Both the position numbers and the translations under genes were made by a program. Shown here piece by piece: positions 51,208 to 61,399 of a stretch of DNA of 64,000 bases. Position 1 is the first letter of the stretch; the number at the start of each line of letters is the position of its first letter. The DNA lies in IMG/VR virus record IMGVR_UViG_3300049783_001607. One strand, written 5' to 3'. The DNA is from a virus. Below the pieces are notes generated by a model that did not search any database, was not told the origin of the DNA, and saw only the letters and a list, made by a program, of their open reading frames with translations.

Positions 51208-52227
51208 TTTGTCTAAATATTTTACCCAATCAGCTATTTTAACTATTTCTTTAGGTTCAAACCATTCGGAATATCCAGCTATTCTATATGAATTATCTGT
51301 GTGAAAAGAAATTAATTTATTTATTTCCCATTTACATAATTCTTTACCTTTTTCTGTAGAAATACTACTAGTGTTTTTGTTATATTCATTTCCCCAAGCA
51401 TAACTAGGACTATGATTATCGCCAAAAACGATAGCAGTTTCATATTTCATCTCAGTTTCCATAACCAATTTTTTAAACACTGCTTGATCATTTCCCATAC
51501 CATTTTCATCATAAATAGTATTAATATCTAAAGTATATAAATTTTCATATAAATATAAAGTAGATTTAGAGCCTGTTATCATTATATCTGCGTAAAAAGA
51601 TTCAGCTAAATTTTTAGCTAAAGTCAAAGCTACTGCTGATACACCTCTAGGAATAGAACCTGATATATCTATAATAATTAAATTTTTACGGGGTGAAGTA
51701 AGGGTCATTGATCCAAACATCCCACCTAATTTTTTATTATACATATTAGAATCATAAGTAGCAAAATTATTGAGATTAGTACTAATAGCTTTTTCAAGTA
51801 CATCTAACCAGACAGGAAACACATTTAACGCTTTTAATTTTTCTACGTTTACATATACAGTTGAATCCCTTATAAAATCTTTTAATTTATCTGCTTTGTC
51901 GCAAATATCAGTAAGTTCTATATCTTCTACATTTTCTGGAATTCCTTCAGTAGTAAACTCCATGAACACACTTTTATTATGACCCCATTTAATTAAATCA
52001 AGATAACCATTATCTAATAAAATTTGTTTGAAATTAAAAGGTAAATTTGATTTTACAGCTTCTTGATATAGAACTTCGTATTCTAATATTCTTATAACAT
52101 TTTTTTCGTTATATTTTGAAGCTAATATAAAAGGTATGCCTTTAGGTAACTTTTTTATATCGTTTTTATCTGAAATAAAGAACACGTCAGGTATTCTCAT
52201 TTTAGTACTTTTAAGTAATTTTAACAT
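51205..52227 (-). CDS. VWA-like protein (pair 2)
   Basis: MIDAS IIIDISGSI, GMGND, IVFGD; downstream of an AAA ATPase. Confidence 0.7.
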   Translation of the reverse strand: MLKLLKSTKMRIPDVFFISDKNDIKKLPKGIPFILASKYNEKNVIRILEYEVLYQEAVKSNLPFNFKQILLDNGYLDLIKWGHNKSVFMEFTTEGIPENVEDIELTDICDKADKLKDFIRDSTVYVNVEKLKALNVFPVWLDVLEKAISTNLNNFATYDSNMYNKKLGGMFGSMTLTSPRKNLIIIDISGSIPRGVSAVALTLAKNLAESFYADIMITGSKSTLYLYENLYTLDINTIYDENGMGNDQAVFKKLVMETEMKYETAIVFGDNHSPSYAWGNEYNKNTSSISTEKGKELCKWEINKLISFHTDNSYRIAGYSEWFEPKEIVKIADWVKYLDK

Positions 52228-53008
52228 TGTTGATATTTTTTAAATTTAATTTAACTAGTTCTAACCAAGGTATCATTTCGTCAGGCAATAATTCCCTAGA
52301 TTCAGATAATTTTATAGCGTCTTTAAAAGGATTTTTTACAAGTTCTTTTAATATATGTCCAATAGTATCTTCATATGGAGTTGGAGCAGAGTGTATTATC
52401 ATATCCACAGCCTTATCTAAGCTTCTAGGAGTCATAAAATTACGTTCTGCGAACTTTTCGTTTTTAATAAGAACACTTAATGAACGTACTATTGTATAAG
52501 ATAACCCATATTTTTCCATCATAAAATTACTCCACATTTCTTCATCAAATCTAACATCATACCATACAAATCTTTCTTTAATTTGAGGTGTAAGAGGTAC
52601 CATTCCTTGAGGATTAGCAGCTGCTACAATCATAATGTCAGGCAATTTTTTACCTGATACCATTATTCGTTGTTCTAGTAATGTAAGACAAGCATTCAAT
52701 ACTACAACATTACCGTTTAAAACTTCATCAAAAAATAATATATCCCCGTCTTTTAAATCATTCATTCTATCGTAGTTGTAATAAATCATTTTTTTAGTTT
52801 CTTTATCAGGCATAGCTATACCTGATATTTCATAAGGAGGTACTTGAGATGTTATTACTTCTATTAATGAAGCTTTAACACTATCTGCAAAAGCTTGTAT
52901 TAGATGTGTTTTCCCTAATCCTGGATTTCCAATAAATAAAGGTACAACACTTTTTCTTAGAGAGGGTACATTATATATTCTTTCTAATGTATCTGTAATA
53001 GTTTTCAT
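52211..53008 (-). CDS. MoxR/dynein-related AAA+ ATPase (pair 2)
   Basis: GNPGLGKT, ILFFDE, IVAAANP, ERF, TPRS. Confidence 0.85.
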   Translation of the reverse strand: MKTITDTLERIYNVPSLRKSVVPLFIGNPGLGKTHLIQAFADSVKASLIEVITSQVPPYEISGIAMPDKETKKMIYYNYDRMNDLKDGDILFFDEVLNGNVVVLNACLTLLEQRIMVSGKKLPDIMIVAAANPQGMVPLTPQIKERFVWYDVRFDEEMWSNFMMEKYGLSYTIVRSLSVLIKNEKFAERNFMTPRSLDKAVDMIIHSAPTPYEDTIGHILKELVKNPFKDAIKLSESRELLPDEMIPWLELVKLNLKNINNVKIT

Positions 53009-53020
53009 TTTAATTTTTGT

Positions 53021-53626
53021 TTATTTATGTTTATTTATTAGATCTTCCATTTCTTGATTAAATATAGAAGCCATTACTCTCATACTGCTAACTCTTGTTG
53101 GGTCAGAAGAAAATGTGCTGTATTTATCTTTAAGCACTAGTATACCCTTCAGCAATTTACTTTTTTCTTTTGAAGAATCTGAATTAGCATTAAGATGGCT
53201 GTTTATAGCCAGAGCTAATCGCTGTTTGTTTTTTATTTCTAAATTGGTCATATTAATAGCATCTTCTAATCCCCTTAATAATTCTTTTAAAACACCTCTT
53301 TCATGAGTTGCCTCGTTATAATCTTCAACATTTTTAGTAGGGTTTAATAATATGTCTTTTAAAATGGCTATTTCATTTTGCGCTTTAATTTTCTTAAATA
53401 CTAATCCAGATTTTCGTGCTTTTAAGTTATTTATAGATGAATCAAGATCTATTTTATTTTCTTCAGTAGGATTAAAAGTAGTTTCTTTCATATTATTATT
53501 TTTAGATTTATTAATGTTTAAAATCTTTTGTTTTTTAGATTTTTTCTTGTCTTTGATTTTTATTTCTTCCCAATTATTGTTAAAACTGTCTAATACATTA
53601 CTATCTACAGTTATTTTAGTTTTCAT
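53021..53626 (-). CDS. Coiled-coil hypothetical protein
   Basis: 201-aa ORF, heptad-rich. Confidence 0.5.
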   Translation of the reverse strand: MKTKITVDSNVLDSFNNNWEEIKIKDKKKSKKQKILNINKSKNNNMKETTFNPTEENKIDLDSSINNLKARKSGLVFKKIKAQNEIAILKDILLNPTKNVEDYNEATHERGVLKELLRGLEDAINMTNLEIKNKQRLALAINSHLNANSDSSKEKSKLLKGILVLKDKYSTFSSDPTRVSSMRVMASIFNQEMEDLINKHK

Positions 53627-53743
53627 ACACTAGCAGAAAAAAGTTTGTACGCTATCAAGGTAAAAATTATTACTAATACAGCTATTTTTCTATGTAAAGA
53701 AATCGAGTCTTTTTTTTTCATATTTCATGTTTTGAATAAATAA

Positions 53744-53775
53744 AATAGCTTTTACCAATTAAGATAAAAGCTATT
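53744..53775 (-). terminator. Terminator-like hairpin downstream of the metallophosphoesterase gene
   Basis: AATAGCTTTTA...TAAAAGCTATT, 11-bp stem. Confidence 0.55.
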
Positions 53776-53805
53776 AATAAATATTTTAAGTTAGTTATTT
53801 TAATT

Positions 53806-55113
53806 TTATATCACCACTTTAAAAATTACTTGTTCTGGAATAGTTTTAGATAAACTTTTAGCATTATAAGCTTCTAGTTCTTCTACTATATCATATCCTT
53901 CTATATGATCGGCGTTTTGTACGTCTATTACAATAGGTTGAATATATCCATTTCTAGTTATATAACACATTTGTTGTGCTCTACTTCCAAGATTTAAAGC
54001 AATTTCATTGTATGAATTTGAACCAGCTAAACTTGAACTTCTTGCAAAATTGACTCCTACATTAGTATAATGAATATGTCCGCCAATAGTATAATCTATT
54101 TTAATTCCGTTCTGACTAAATCTCCCTACCGCACTTTGATTTTTATGCTGATTAGAAGTATACCTGCTAACATCGTGAGATACTAACCAGTTTAAACCTT
54201 CTATCTCTACAATTGTTTCAACTTTGTCAATGCTACCCCAAGTAATACCTTTAATTTTAGAGAATTGCAAGATTTTTTTAACACCGGCTACTATGGTAAA
54301 ATCATAATTATCGCTTAAACCCATGTCACTGAAAGTCATCTCTTTATTAACTCTACTTTCATTACCTAATACAGATACTATGCTTATTTTATAGCCTCTA
54401 TTTCTAACATCTAATATCGCTTGTAATAATAAATGTTGAACTAAAAGACTTGCTTTAGAACGGTTTGTAGCTTGATTTAAAAGCTCGTCTAAACGCCTAT
54501 CTGAATTTAATAAATCTCCTGTAATCATAATTACAACTTCTTTAACTTTTTCAGAATCGAATAAATCTAAAGATTTGTTAACATGTAGTTTTAATCTTTT
54601 TGCTCCTATTTTAAAATCATATCTATTATTAGGCAAATCTATAAGTTCATTGAAATGCGGATCAGATATTTGAAGGACCCCTACACCAGATGTTGTAGTT
54701 CTTCTTTTTAAAGGAGTTATATTTAATTTTTTAAGGTCTTTTGCATACAATTTAAATTGACCACTTAATTCTTTAGCGTATTGTGTAACTGCATTTTCAA
54801 TTCTAGCTTGAGATCTAAAGCTTTTTCTTTCGATTCGATTAATATCTTGATATTTTTGTTTTGATTTAGCTAATTTAACGTTATCAATTACAAGATCTCT
54901 ATCAACTAAATTTTTTAATATTTGAGTATTAAGCCTTTTTCTAAATGTTTTAACTGTAATATAAGGTTCTAATCCATCTCTTTGATGAATATATCTGGCT
55001 ACAGCTGATTTATTACCTATTAGTTCACTATCATTTAAAAATAGATCTGCGGCTTCTTCACCATATTCACTACAATCAACAACTTTATTTCTTGCATTCA
55101 GTTCATCTATCAT
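53806..55113 (-). CDS. Calcineurin-like metallophosphoesterase/nuclease with N-terminal helical region
   Basis: ISDPH, TGDLL, LGNE, SHD, GGHIH. Confidence 0.8.
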   Translation of the reverse strand: MIDELNARNKVVDCSEYGEEAADLFLNDSELIGNKSAVARYIHQRDGLEPYITVKTFRKRLNTQILKNLVDRDLVIDNVKLAKSKQKYQDINRIERKSFRSQARIENAVTQYAKELSGQFKLYAKDLKKLNITPLKRRTTTSGVGVLQISDPHFNELIDLPNNRYDFKIGAKRLKLHVNKSLDLFDSEKVKEVVIMITGDLLNSDRRLDELLNQATNRSKASLLVQHLLLQAILDVRNRGYKISIVSVLGNESRVNKEMTFSDMGLSDNYDFTIVAGVKKILQFSKIKGITWGSIDKVETIVEIEGLNWLVSHDVSRYTSNQHKNQSAVGRFSQNGIKIDYTIGGHIHYTNVGVNFARSSSLAGSNSYNEIALNLGSRAQQMCYITRNGYIQPIVIDVQNADHIEGYDIVEELEAYNAKSLSKTIPEQVIFKVVI

Positions 55114-55541
55114 AATATTTTTTAAGGTTAAATTTCATATAATTAATGAAATACGTTTATGACCTCTATAATACGACAATATTACGTTTAAATAAAGAAA
55201 AGAGCGACTTATTTTGATTTTAATCTGTTTTAAAGATACTTTATTCTAATATAATTAAACTATTGGGGTTTTTAATATGAGATATTGTATTAGAATCATT
55301 AAGTACTTCAGCAGAAAATTTTACATTCCACCAAGTCTTTTTGTCGGGGCCATCTCTTCCTTTGACCCATACACATGTAAAATGCTGTAATACTCCTTTT
55401 CTTATAGAACCTGCAAAATTAAAAGCGACATTGCTTTTTCTTTTAAACTCTTTATTATAGCAATCAGTAGTTATTATGCCAGGTTTTTTTATTGCTAGTA
55501 CTGTTATTCTTATATTTCCTTTCATACTGTTTGTAGTTATA

Positions 55542-55799
55542 TTACTCAGTCTTTAAATCTATTGTCTTTTTATTTTCTTTAAGATTCATTATTTGATTAT
55601 CAATCATTGCGGCACTTATTTCAGCTCTAATTGTATCTGCTATTAGTCTTTGTGCTACTCTAGCTTGATCTAGACTTATACGCTTATTTTCTAATGCATC
55701 TAATACAAGTATAGCGTGATTAGATACTGTTTTTAAATTTTTAGATACTGTCTTTAATTTTTTTTCAATTTTATCTGAATTTGTTTTTTTAAGCTTCAT
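55542..55799 (-). CDS. Hypothetical protein
   Basis: 85-aa helical ORF coupled to the upstream Zn-finger gene. Confidence 0.5.
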   Translation of the reverse strand: MKLKKTNSDKIEKKLKTVSKNLKTVSNHAILVLDALENKRISLDQARVAQRLIADTIRAEISAAMIDNQIMNLKENKKTIDLKTE

Positions 55800-56259
55800 T
55801 TATTTTTAATTTTCTAGTTAATAAAATAAGATTTTTTTTAGCTTCTTCCATATCAGGTGTTATGCAATCATGGATTAAAGAATATTCTGGAGTATTTAAA
55901 TTAATACGTATAAGATATTGTCTAAATCCTGTAGCTAGAGTATCTCTTATATACCCTTTTCTAAGAGAATGTATTCCTTTTACTGTATCTATTTTTTTAG
56001 TTGTTAAAAATTTATTTTTGTCTGTTTTTAATTGTTTTTTAACATATTCTTGTCTGCTGTCTGCTGAACAACTATAACAATGAGAAGAAAAAAATTTTCT
56101 ATTATTATTTTTGTTTAAACTCAAGCTAAAACGGTTTAATTTTTTTACAACTTTGCATTTAGAGCACCGCCTGATTTTTTTTTCTAAACACTCTTTAAGG
56201 TATGCTCTAGGAGTTTTACTAGTTGTTATTAATTCAGGTAATTCATCTATATTTATCAT
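55789..56259 (-). CDS. Zn-finger DNA-binding protein (CxxC...CxxC)
   Basis: RRCSKCKVVK...SHCYSC. Confidence 0.55.
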   Translation of the reverse strand: MINIDELPELITTSKTPRAYLKECLEKKIRRCSKCKVVKKLNRFSLSLNKNNNRKFFSSHCYSCSADSRQEYVKKQLKTDKNKFLTTKKIDTVKGIHSLRKGYIRDTLATGFRQYLIRINLNTPEYSLIHDCITPDMEEAKKNLILLTRKLKINEA

Positions 56260-56621
56260 AAACTTAATTAATCTATTTTATCTATAATACGATTGATATT
56301 AAGCTTAATTTCAATTATATTGCGTGCTATTTTATCTGATACAAGGTTAAAAAGTGCTATAAGATCATAATGCTCACGGTCTTCAAAATCTATTTTTTCC
56401 TGGCCACGGTCGTCATCTTTAATATGATGTTCTGTTCTATCAAATTTTTTATTTAATACTTCGCTTTTATTTTTTAATTCGTTAAGATTTAATGATAGTC
56501 TTTCAAGATTTTCATAAGCTCCTATTAATGTATTTGAAGCGCTCAGGGATTCGCCTTCTTCCATAGGAATGGGATTATAAGTTTTTTGTTTTTGATCCAT
56601 ATTTATATTTTTAATTGGTTA

Positions 56622-57002
56622 TTAATATTTTTTAAGTAAATCAGATTTTCTTTCTTTTTCAAGTGCCCTTCTTTGCATAATAGAAAATTTTTCTTTCTCT
56701 TGTTTAATTTTAATTTCTTCCTTTCTAAAAAGGACTAGTTTTTCAAAGTCTTCTTGCCATTTTCCTTTATGTATCCATCCATATTCTTCTGTCCACCCAG
56801 CGTTCCCTGAAATAATTCCATAGACTTCTACGGCATTTGAATTTAAACATGTATTTACACTTCCATTATACTTTGCTTCTTCCCCTTCAGGTAATATCTG
56901 TATTCTAAATGTTGTACCTCTTGCATGGTGACCGCTTGTAATGTAAAGTTTTCCGTATTGTCCAGTGCTAAATAACATGGCATATTCGCTTGCTCCTTTC
57001 AT
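56622..57002 (-). CDS. Hypothetical protein
   Basis: 126-aa ORF with GNAGWTEEYGWIHKGKW. Confidence 0.55.
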   Translation of the reverse strand: MKGASEYAMLFSTGQYGKLYITSGHHARGTTFRIQILPEGEEAKYNGSVNTCLNSNAVEVYGIISGNAGWTEEYGWIHKGKWQEDFEKLVLFRKEEIKIKQEKEKFSIMQRRALEKERKSDLLKKY

Positions 57003-57892
57003 ATTTTTGAATTATTTATTTGTTAAATTTAAAACTCTACATTGTTTTTATTTCGTTTACGTTTTTAAAGTTAAAACAAAAACATATCCATTCAGCATGT
57101 TCTAGAGCTTCCGCTTTTGCTTTAATATTTAGAAAGCCATTTCCTTTTTTATTATTTTGAGAATACGGTATTATTGCAATTTTATATTTAGTTCCAGTGC
57201 TCATACTAAGAATGTTCCATGCGTAAATACTTTTACTATGCTCAATTTTTACTTTTATATTAATAGGTTTCATAAGCTTTATTGTTAGTAATTATTGTTT
57301 TTATCCAAAAGATTTACGGGCGTCTTCTTCGTTGTCAAATATTCTACAACCCCAAATATTGTGTTCTTTTTTACCTGAACCATCCCAATTTACTTCACTT
57401 TTATTTTCTTTCATATATTGTATAACTGCATCATCAAAATTTTTTGCTTCATAATTTCCTAGCATTACTGCTCCGCTGCTTTCTCCTGTAGCAGAAAATC
57501 CTTCCAACCATAAAAAAATACTTTTGTTACCTGTTAATTCTTCAGTGTTATTTCCTATGCAATCAGTGCCTAATACAAAATTTTTTTTGCGATTTTGACA
57601 ACCGTTATCATCACAGTAATTCATTGTACATTTTTCTTCAGGTGTTTCACAAAACGACCATGGTGTTTTATTTTCCATATTTTAATCAATTAAATTATTT
57701 TCTTTTAGATAATCTTTAAACTCTGGCTTTAAAGATGTTTGTTCTATTTCTGTCCAACCCCAATGCCTATATTGTTTAACTACAGTACTTCCAAATGAAC
57801 GGCAATATATTTTTTTATTTTCTATTTTAATTTCTACTCCTTTATAATTAATTAGAGTGCTTATTACATTCATTAGTATTGTAATTAAATTA

Positions 57893-58096
57893 TTATTTCT
57901 CGTTTTTATTTGAAAAAGATTCAATAATCATATTATCAGCTAATTTAAATGCTCTTGTAGTTATTAAATCTTCTCTAATCATATTTTCATCGCAGGAAAA
58001 ATATTTTGGATTAGACAATAACCCTTGTAACGCTTTGCCAGCAAAATAATTTCTCAATTTCTTTTTTTTCTTCATGCTCGTTATTTTATTATTCAA
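57893..58096 (-). CDS. Small phage protein of the LRDYFAAKAMQG-like family
   Basis: LRNYFAGKALQGLLSN...AFKLADNMI. Confidence 0.6.
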   Translation of the reverse strand: MNNKITSMKKKKKLRNYFAGKALQGLLSNPKYFSCDENMIREDLITTRAFKLADNMIIESFSNKNEK

Positions 58097-58110
58097 TTAG
58101 TTCTACTACC

Positions 58111-58428
58111 TCAATTACTTTCTTCCCAATCATCATCGTGCCATGGTCCAAAAACTTCCCAAGCTTTCGGTCTTTGTCTTTGCGGTTCTCTTTCAGGTCT
58201 ACTTGCTAAATAAGCAGCGGACGCAGGAGATATTCTAGTTGTATTGTTTTGTTTTTCAGGTGTTACAGTATTCCAGTATTTATCTTTACATTTTGTTTTG
58301 CCTCTAGTTTTACAAAAAGCTTGCTGATAATTTGTTTTTTTAAACTCGGTTCCGCAAGAAGGGCAAATACAAATGTCATTAACTTTTGCAGCTTTAGCTA
58401 ATTTATATTTTTCCTTTATTTTTTTCAT
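58111..58428 (-). CDS. Cys-rich Zn-binding protein
   Basis: CPSCGTEF...QAFC...KCKD. Confidence 0.55.
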   Translation of the reverse strand: MKKIKEKYKLAKAAKVNDICICPSCGTEFKKTNYQQAFCKTRGKTKCKDKYWNTVTPEKQNNTTRISPASAAYLASRPEREPQRQRPKAWEVFGPWHDDDWEESN

Positions 58429-59430
58429 ATAATTTGTTATTTAATTTTTCTAAGGCGTCAAATCTTTCTTGGCCAAACCATAAAGTATTATCTTTTTGTA
58501 ATTCTATCAATCTTTCTCTTTGTAAATGTTCAGGTTTAGTTAATCCACGATAAACCTGTATTTCACATTTGTGACCGGCTTTTGTTCCACAATTTATACA
58601 TCTGTTATTAGCGTGACTGTTTACTCTATCTATACAGTCAATAAATTTTTTTGAATTTTGTTTCGTATCCATAGCGTAATTATTATAAAATATTAGTATT
58701 TGTAAATTATTAAATAAATTAATAATTACCTGTTGCACCCATAACTATTTCTAAAGTATTACTTGAAGGAATTCTATTTTTAGGTAATCTTTTAATTTCA
58801 TTTACTGTATAGCCTTGACTTTTCATAAGAATTTTAAAGCTTTCAAATGATGTGCTGTGCGTACCCGCTCCAGGAAGTTTGTAACTTATATTTTTCATTT
58901 GTACAGAACTGATTTTTGCATCTGTTTCAAAAACAACAGGAATAAAATAATATCCTTGGTTGTCTTCTTTATAAATAAATCTTTCCATGGTTTTTAATTT
59001 TTTATAAGGTATTCACAACGAGGGCATTGTTTTAAACAGCGTCTTCCTTGTCCTCTTAGTTTGTAACCTTCACAATAATATTTATTGGTAGCTTTTAATT
59101 TTTTAAGTGCACGCTTTAAAAGTTTAATTTTTTTTGCCATAGAAATAATAAAGTCTGAATTTGATTCTATTTTTAAAAAAATCAGTTGTTTTTCAATATC
59201 CTGTTTTAGCAAACGGATTTTTTCTTTCATGCTTTTCCTCAGTAATTTTTAATTATTATTTATTATAAAATATTCTTCGTTAGATTTAAAACCAGAGTAT
59301 TTTAAATAATTTTTTACTTATTGAACACTTTCCTTTTTTTAGTATCAAAACTAACATGAGTATTCTTTTTCGTCGGATTTTATTAATGCCCTAGTTTTAA
59401 ATTAATAGTTTAAATTATAAATAGTATTTA

Positions 59431-59526
59431 AATATAAGTAATGTAGTGATGTAGAAGTTAAATGCGCTCTACATTTCTAGAAGCATCTAGACACTACCCC
59501 CCCTGTAGTGCTACATTACTTATATT
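59431..59526. ncRNA. Candidate structured element (four-way junction; RNA or ssDNA)
   Basis: 16-bp perfect closing stem enclosing three perfect hairpins of 7, 6 and 6 bp. Confidence 0.55.
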
Positions 59527-59533
59527 ATTAATA

Positions 59534-59692
59534 TTAGAAAGATTGTCTCTTATCTGTAAGAACTTCACGATTTTCATTAACAGTCCTGTAATTTAAATTA
59601 TCTGTTCCTACACTTGCCCAAGCAATCGCCTCATTTCCCCAAGTACTAACTGTAATCCATTCTGTACCATTGAAATATTGTAATTCAATCAT
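59534..59692 (-). CDS. 52-aa hypothetical protein (MIELQYFNGTEWITVSTWGNE...) below the ORF-track cutoff
   Basis: ATG...TAA read by eye; ends just upstream of the cloverleaf on the minus strand. Confidence 0.55.
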   Translation of the reverse strand: MIELQYFNGTEWITVSTWGNEAIAWASVGTDNLNYRTVNENREVLTDKRQSF

Positions 59693-59703
59693 TTTTTTTT
59701 ACT

Positions 59704-60069
59704 TTAATATTTTACATTTTTTACCCAACTAAGTAATTTAGCGTCTGTAATAAATTTATCTTCGTTAAAATCTGCTAACGATAAAGACAATATATTTTCA
59801 ATTCCTTTTTTACATTGTTCATCCTCACATAATTTCCATTCTTTATATGACGTTATAATTTCTTGTCTTTTTGCTTTAGTAAAACTATTGGTCTCTTCAA
59901 AAATTTCTCTATCTGCGTTTTTTAAAGCTTTCCCAACAGTTTTTTTATAACCTACTCCAAACCAACCAAAACCATAACTTAAAGTCAACAACAGTATTAT
60001 CCCTAATAAAAGTAATCCTATGTTTTTAAATATGCTTTTCATATTAATGAAGTTTGATTGGTGAAACAA
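59704..60069 (-). CDS. Single-TM membrane protein, partner of the lipoprotein
   Basis: N-terminal hydrophobic helix followed by NADREIFEET. Confidence 0.6.
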   Translation of the reverse strand: MFHQSNFINMKSIFKNIGLLLLGIILLLTLSYGFGWFGVGYKKTVGKALKNADREIFEETNSFTKAKRQEIITSYKEWKLCEDEQCKKGIENILSLSLADFNEDKFITDAKLLSWVKNVKY

Positions 60070-60568
60070 TAATTAACGGCTCAATATAAACTGGATGCGG
60101 CTTTCCTTTTTCATCTAAAAGCATATACCACGTTGCGCTTGTAGAAGTAGGCATAAATAAACCATTAGGGTCTGCTTGAGGTACAATAGCTGCGTCATTT
60201 GAATGATAACTAGTAATTCCATAATCAGTAACATCAACTAGCTTTTGAGGGCTTGTAAATTGCGTTGCTGCCGGTATTCCAAAACCGATTCCCCTACCTA
60301 GAAATTGACCTACTTTGCCGTTCATTTCGTTAACTAGATAGCAGTAAGTAATTAAATTTTCTTGATCTCTTAATTCTAAGATCATTTTCATTAATTTACG
60401 TTCTTTAAAGTTAATAATAGCCGGCATTCCAACTTGTTTTTGCATTTCGCTTAAACTTTGTTCAGTTTGAAGTTGCTGGGTTTTATCCGCCGTGTTTTTT
60501 GGTAATTGTGCATCACAACTTGTAAATAACCCAATAGCAATAATTAAAATAGTCAGTAATTTTTTCAT
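60044..60568 (-). CDS. Phage lipoprotein
   Basis: Signal peptide II lipobox LFTSC; PQADPNGLF and VYIEP motifs. Confidence 0.75.
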   Translation of the reverse strand: MKKLLTILIIAIGLFTSCDAQLPKNTADKTQQLQTEQSLSEMQKQVGMPAIINFKERKLMKMILELRDQENLITYCYLVNEMNGKVGQFLGRGIGFGIPAATQFTSPQKLVDVTDYGITSYHSNDAAIVPQADPNGLFMPTSTSATWYMLLDEKGKPHPVYIEPLIIVSPIKLH

Positions 60569-60909
60569 TTTTAATATTTAATTTAATTTTTGCTTACTCT
60601 ACTAGGTTTTCAGCGACCCCTTCTTTTATATGTGTTGTTAATATTTCTTCAAAAACTTTTATCCACTCATTTCTAAATAAAATTTTGCTTTTTGAGCTTA
60701 ACAAAAACCAATAATTATTATTAATTAGTTGTCTGCTCATACTAGTTACTTTTAATCCGTCAAATATTTTATCATCTAGATTTTTTCTTTTATCTTTTAC
60801 GTATCTATAAAATTTTTTTTCTTCGTTATTTAAAATAGATTTAGGGTACATTTCATCTACATTTAAATTTGAATCAAGATGTTTCTCTAAGTTCTTTTTC
60901 ATATTTATC

Positions 60910-61230
60910 TAAGGCTTCTAAATAGTTTTTACATTGTAAAATTTAAACTCTATATAAGATTCTAATGCTTCTGATTTGTAAGACGCATTGAATTCTTTTG
61001 ATGTCACACTTCCAAAATTCCGGCTTCTAGAATAAAAAAAATATTACTTTTAATTTTTCAACCTTGTGAAAATAGCCTCCTCCAATAATTCCTGAATGTT
61101 CTTTTACAAGATCTCTATGTAAAGATACATTTCCCATTATAAGAATATTATCTTTAATTATCCATTTATTATGGGCTATGTAACATTTTTCATCACTGTT
61201 AAAACTGAAATTGTTTGATAAATACACCAT
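60910..61230 (-). pseudogene. Hypothetical gene apparently split by a T8 homopolymer frameshift
   Basis: Removing one base from the A8 run at 61034-61041 extends ...GGGYFHKVEKLKVIFF into YSRSRNFGSVTSKEF... Confidence 0.4.
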
Positions 61231-61399
61231 AAAAGCATTTGTTTTCTTGCTTTTTTATCTAAATTATAGACAAAAATCATGTAAAAAGCTACTAATATAC
61301 CTATTACAGGAAGCCATAAAATAATTTCTAAAATTTTTTGGGTATCTCCAAGGTTTTTAAAGTTTTTAAATTTAATTTTCATTTTGTTTGTTTTAATTA

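Noticed and set aside
55789-56259. HNH homing endonuclease
   Set aside because: Only the N-terminal CxxC...CxxC finger is present; no HNH or GIY-YIG catalytic motif is visible.
59431-59526. tRNA gene
   Set aside because: Closing stem is 16 bp, there is no D- or T-loop consensus, the middle loop is only 4 nt, and there is no CCA.
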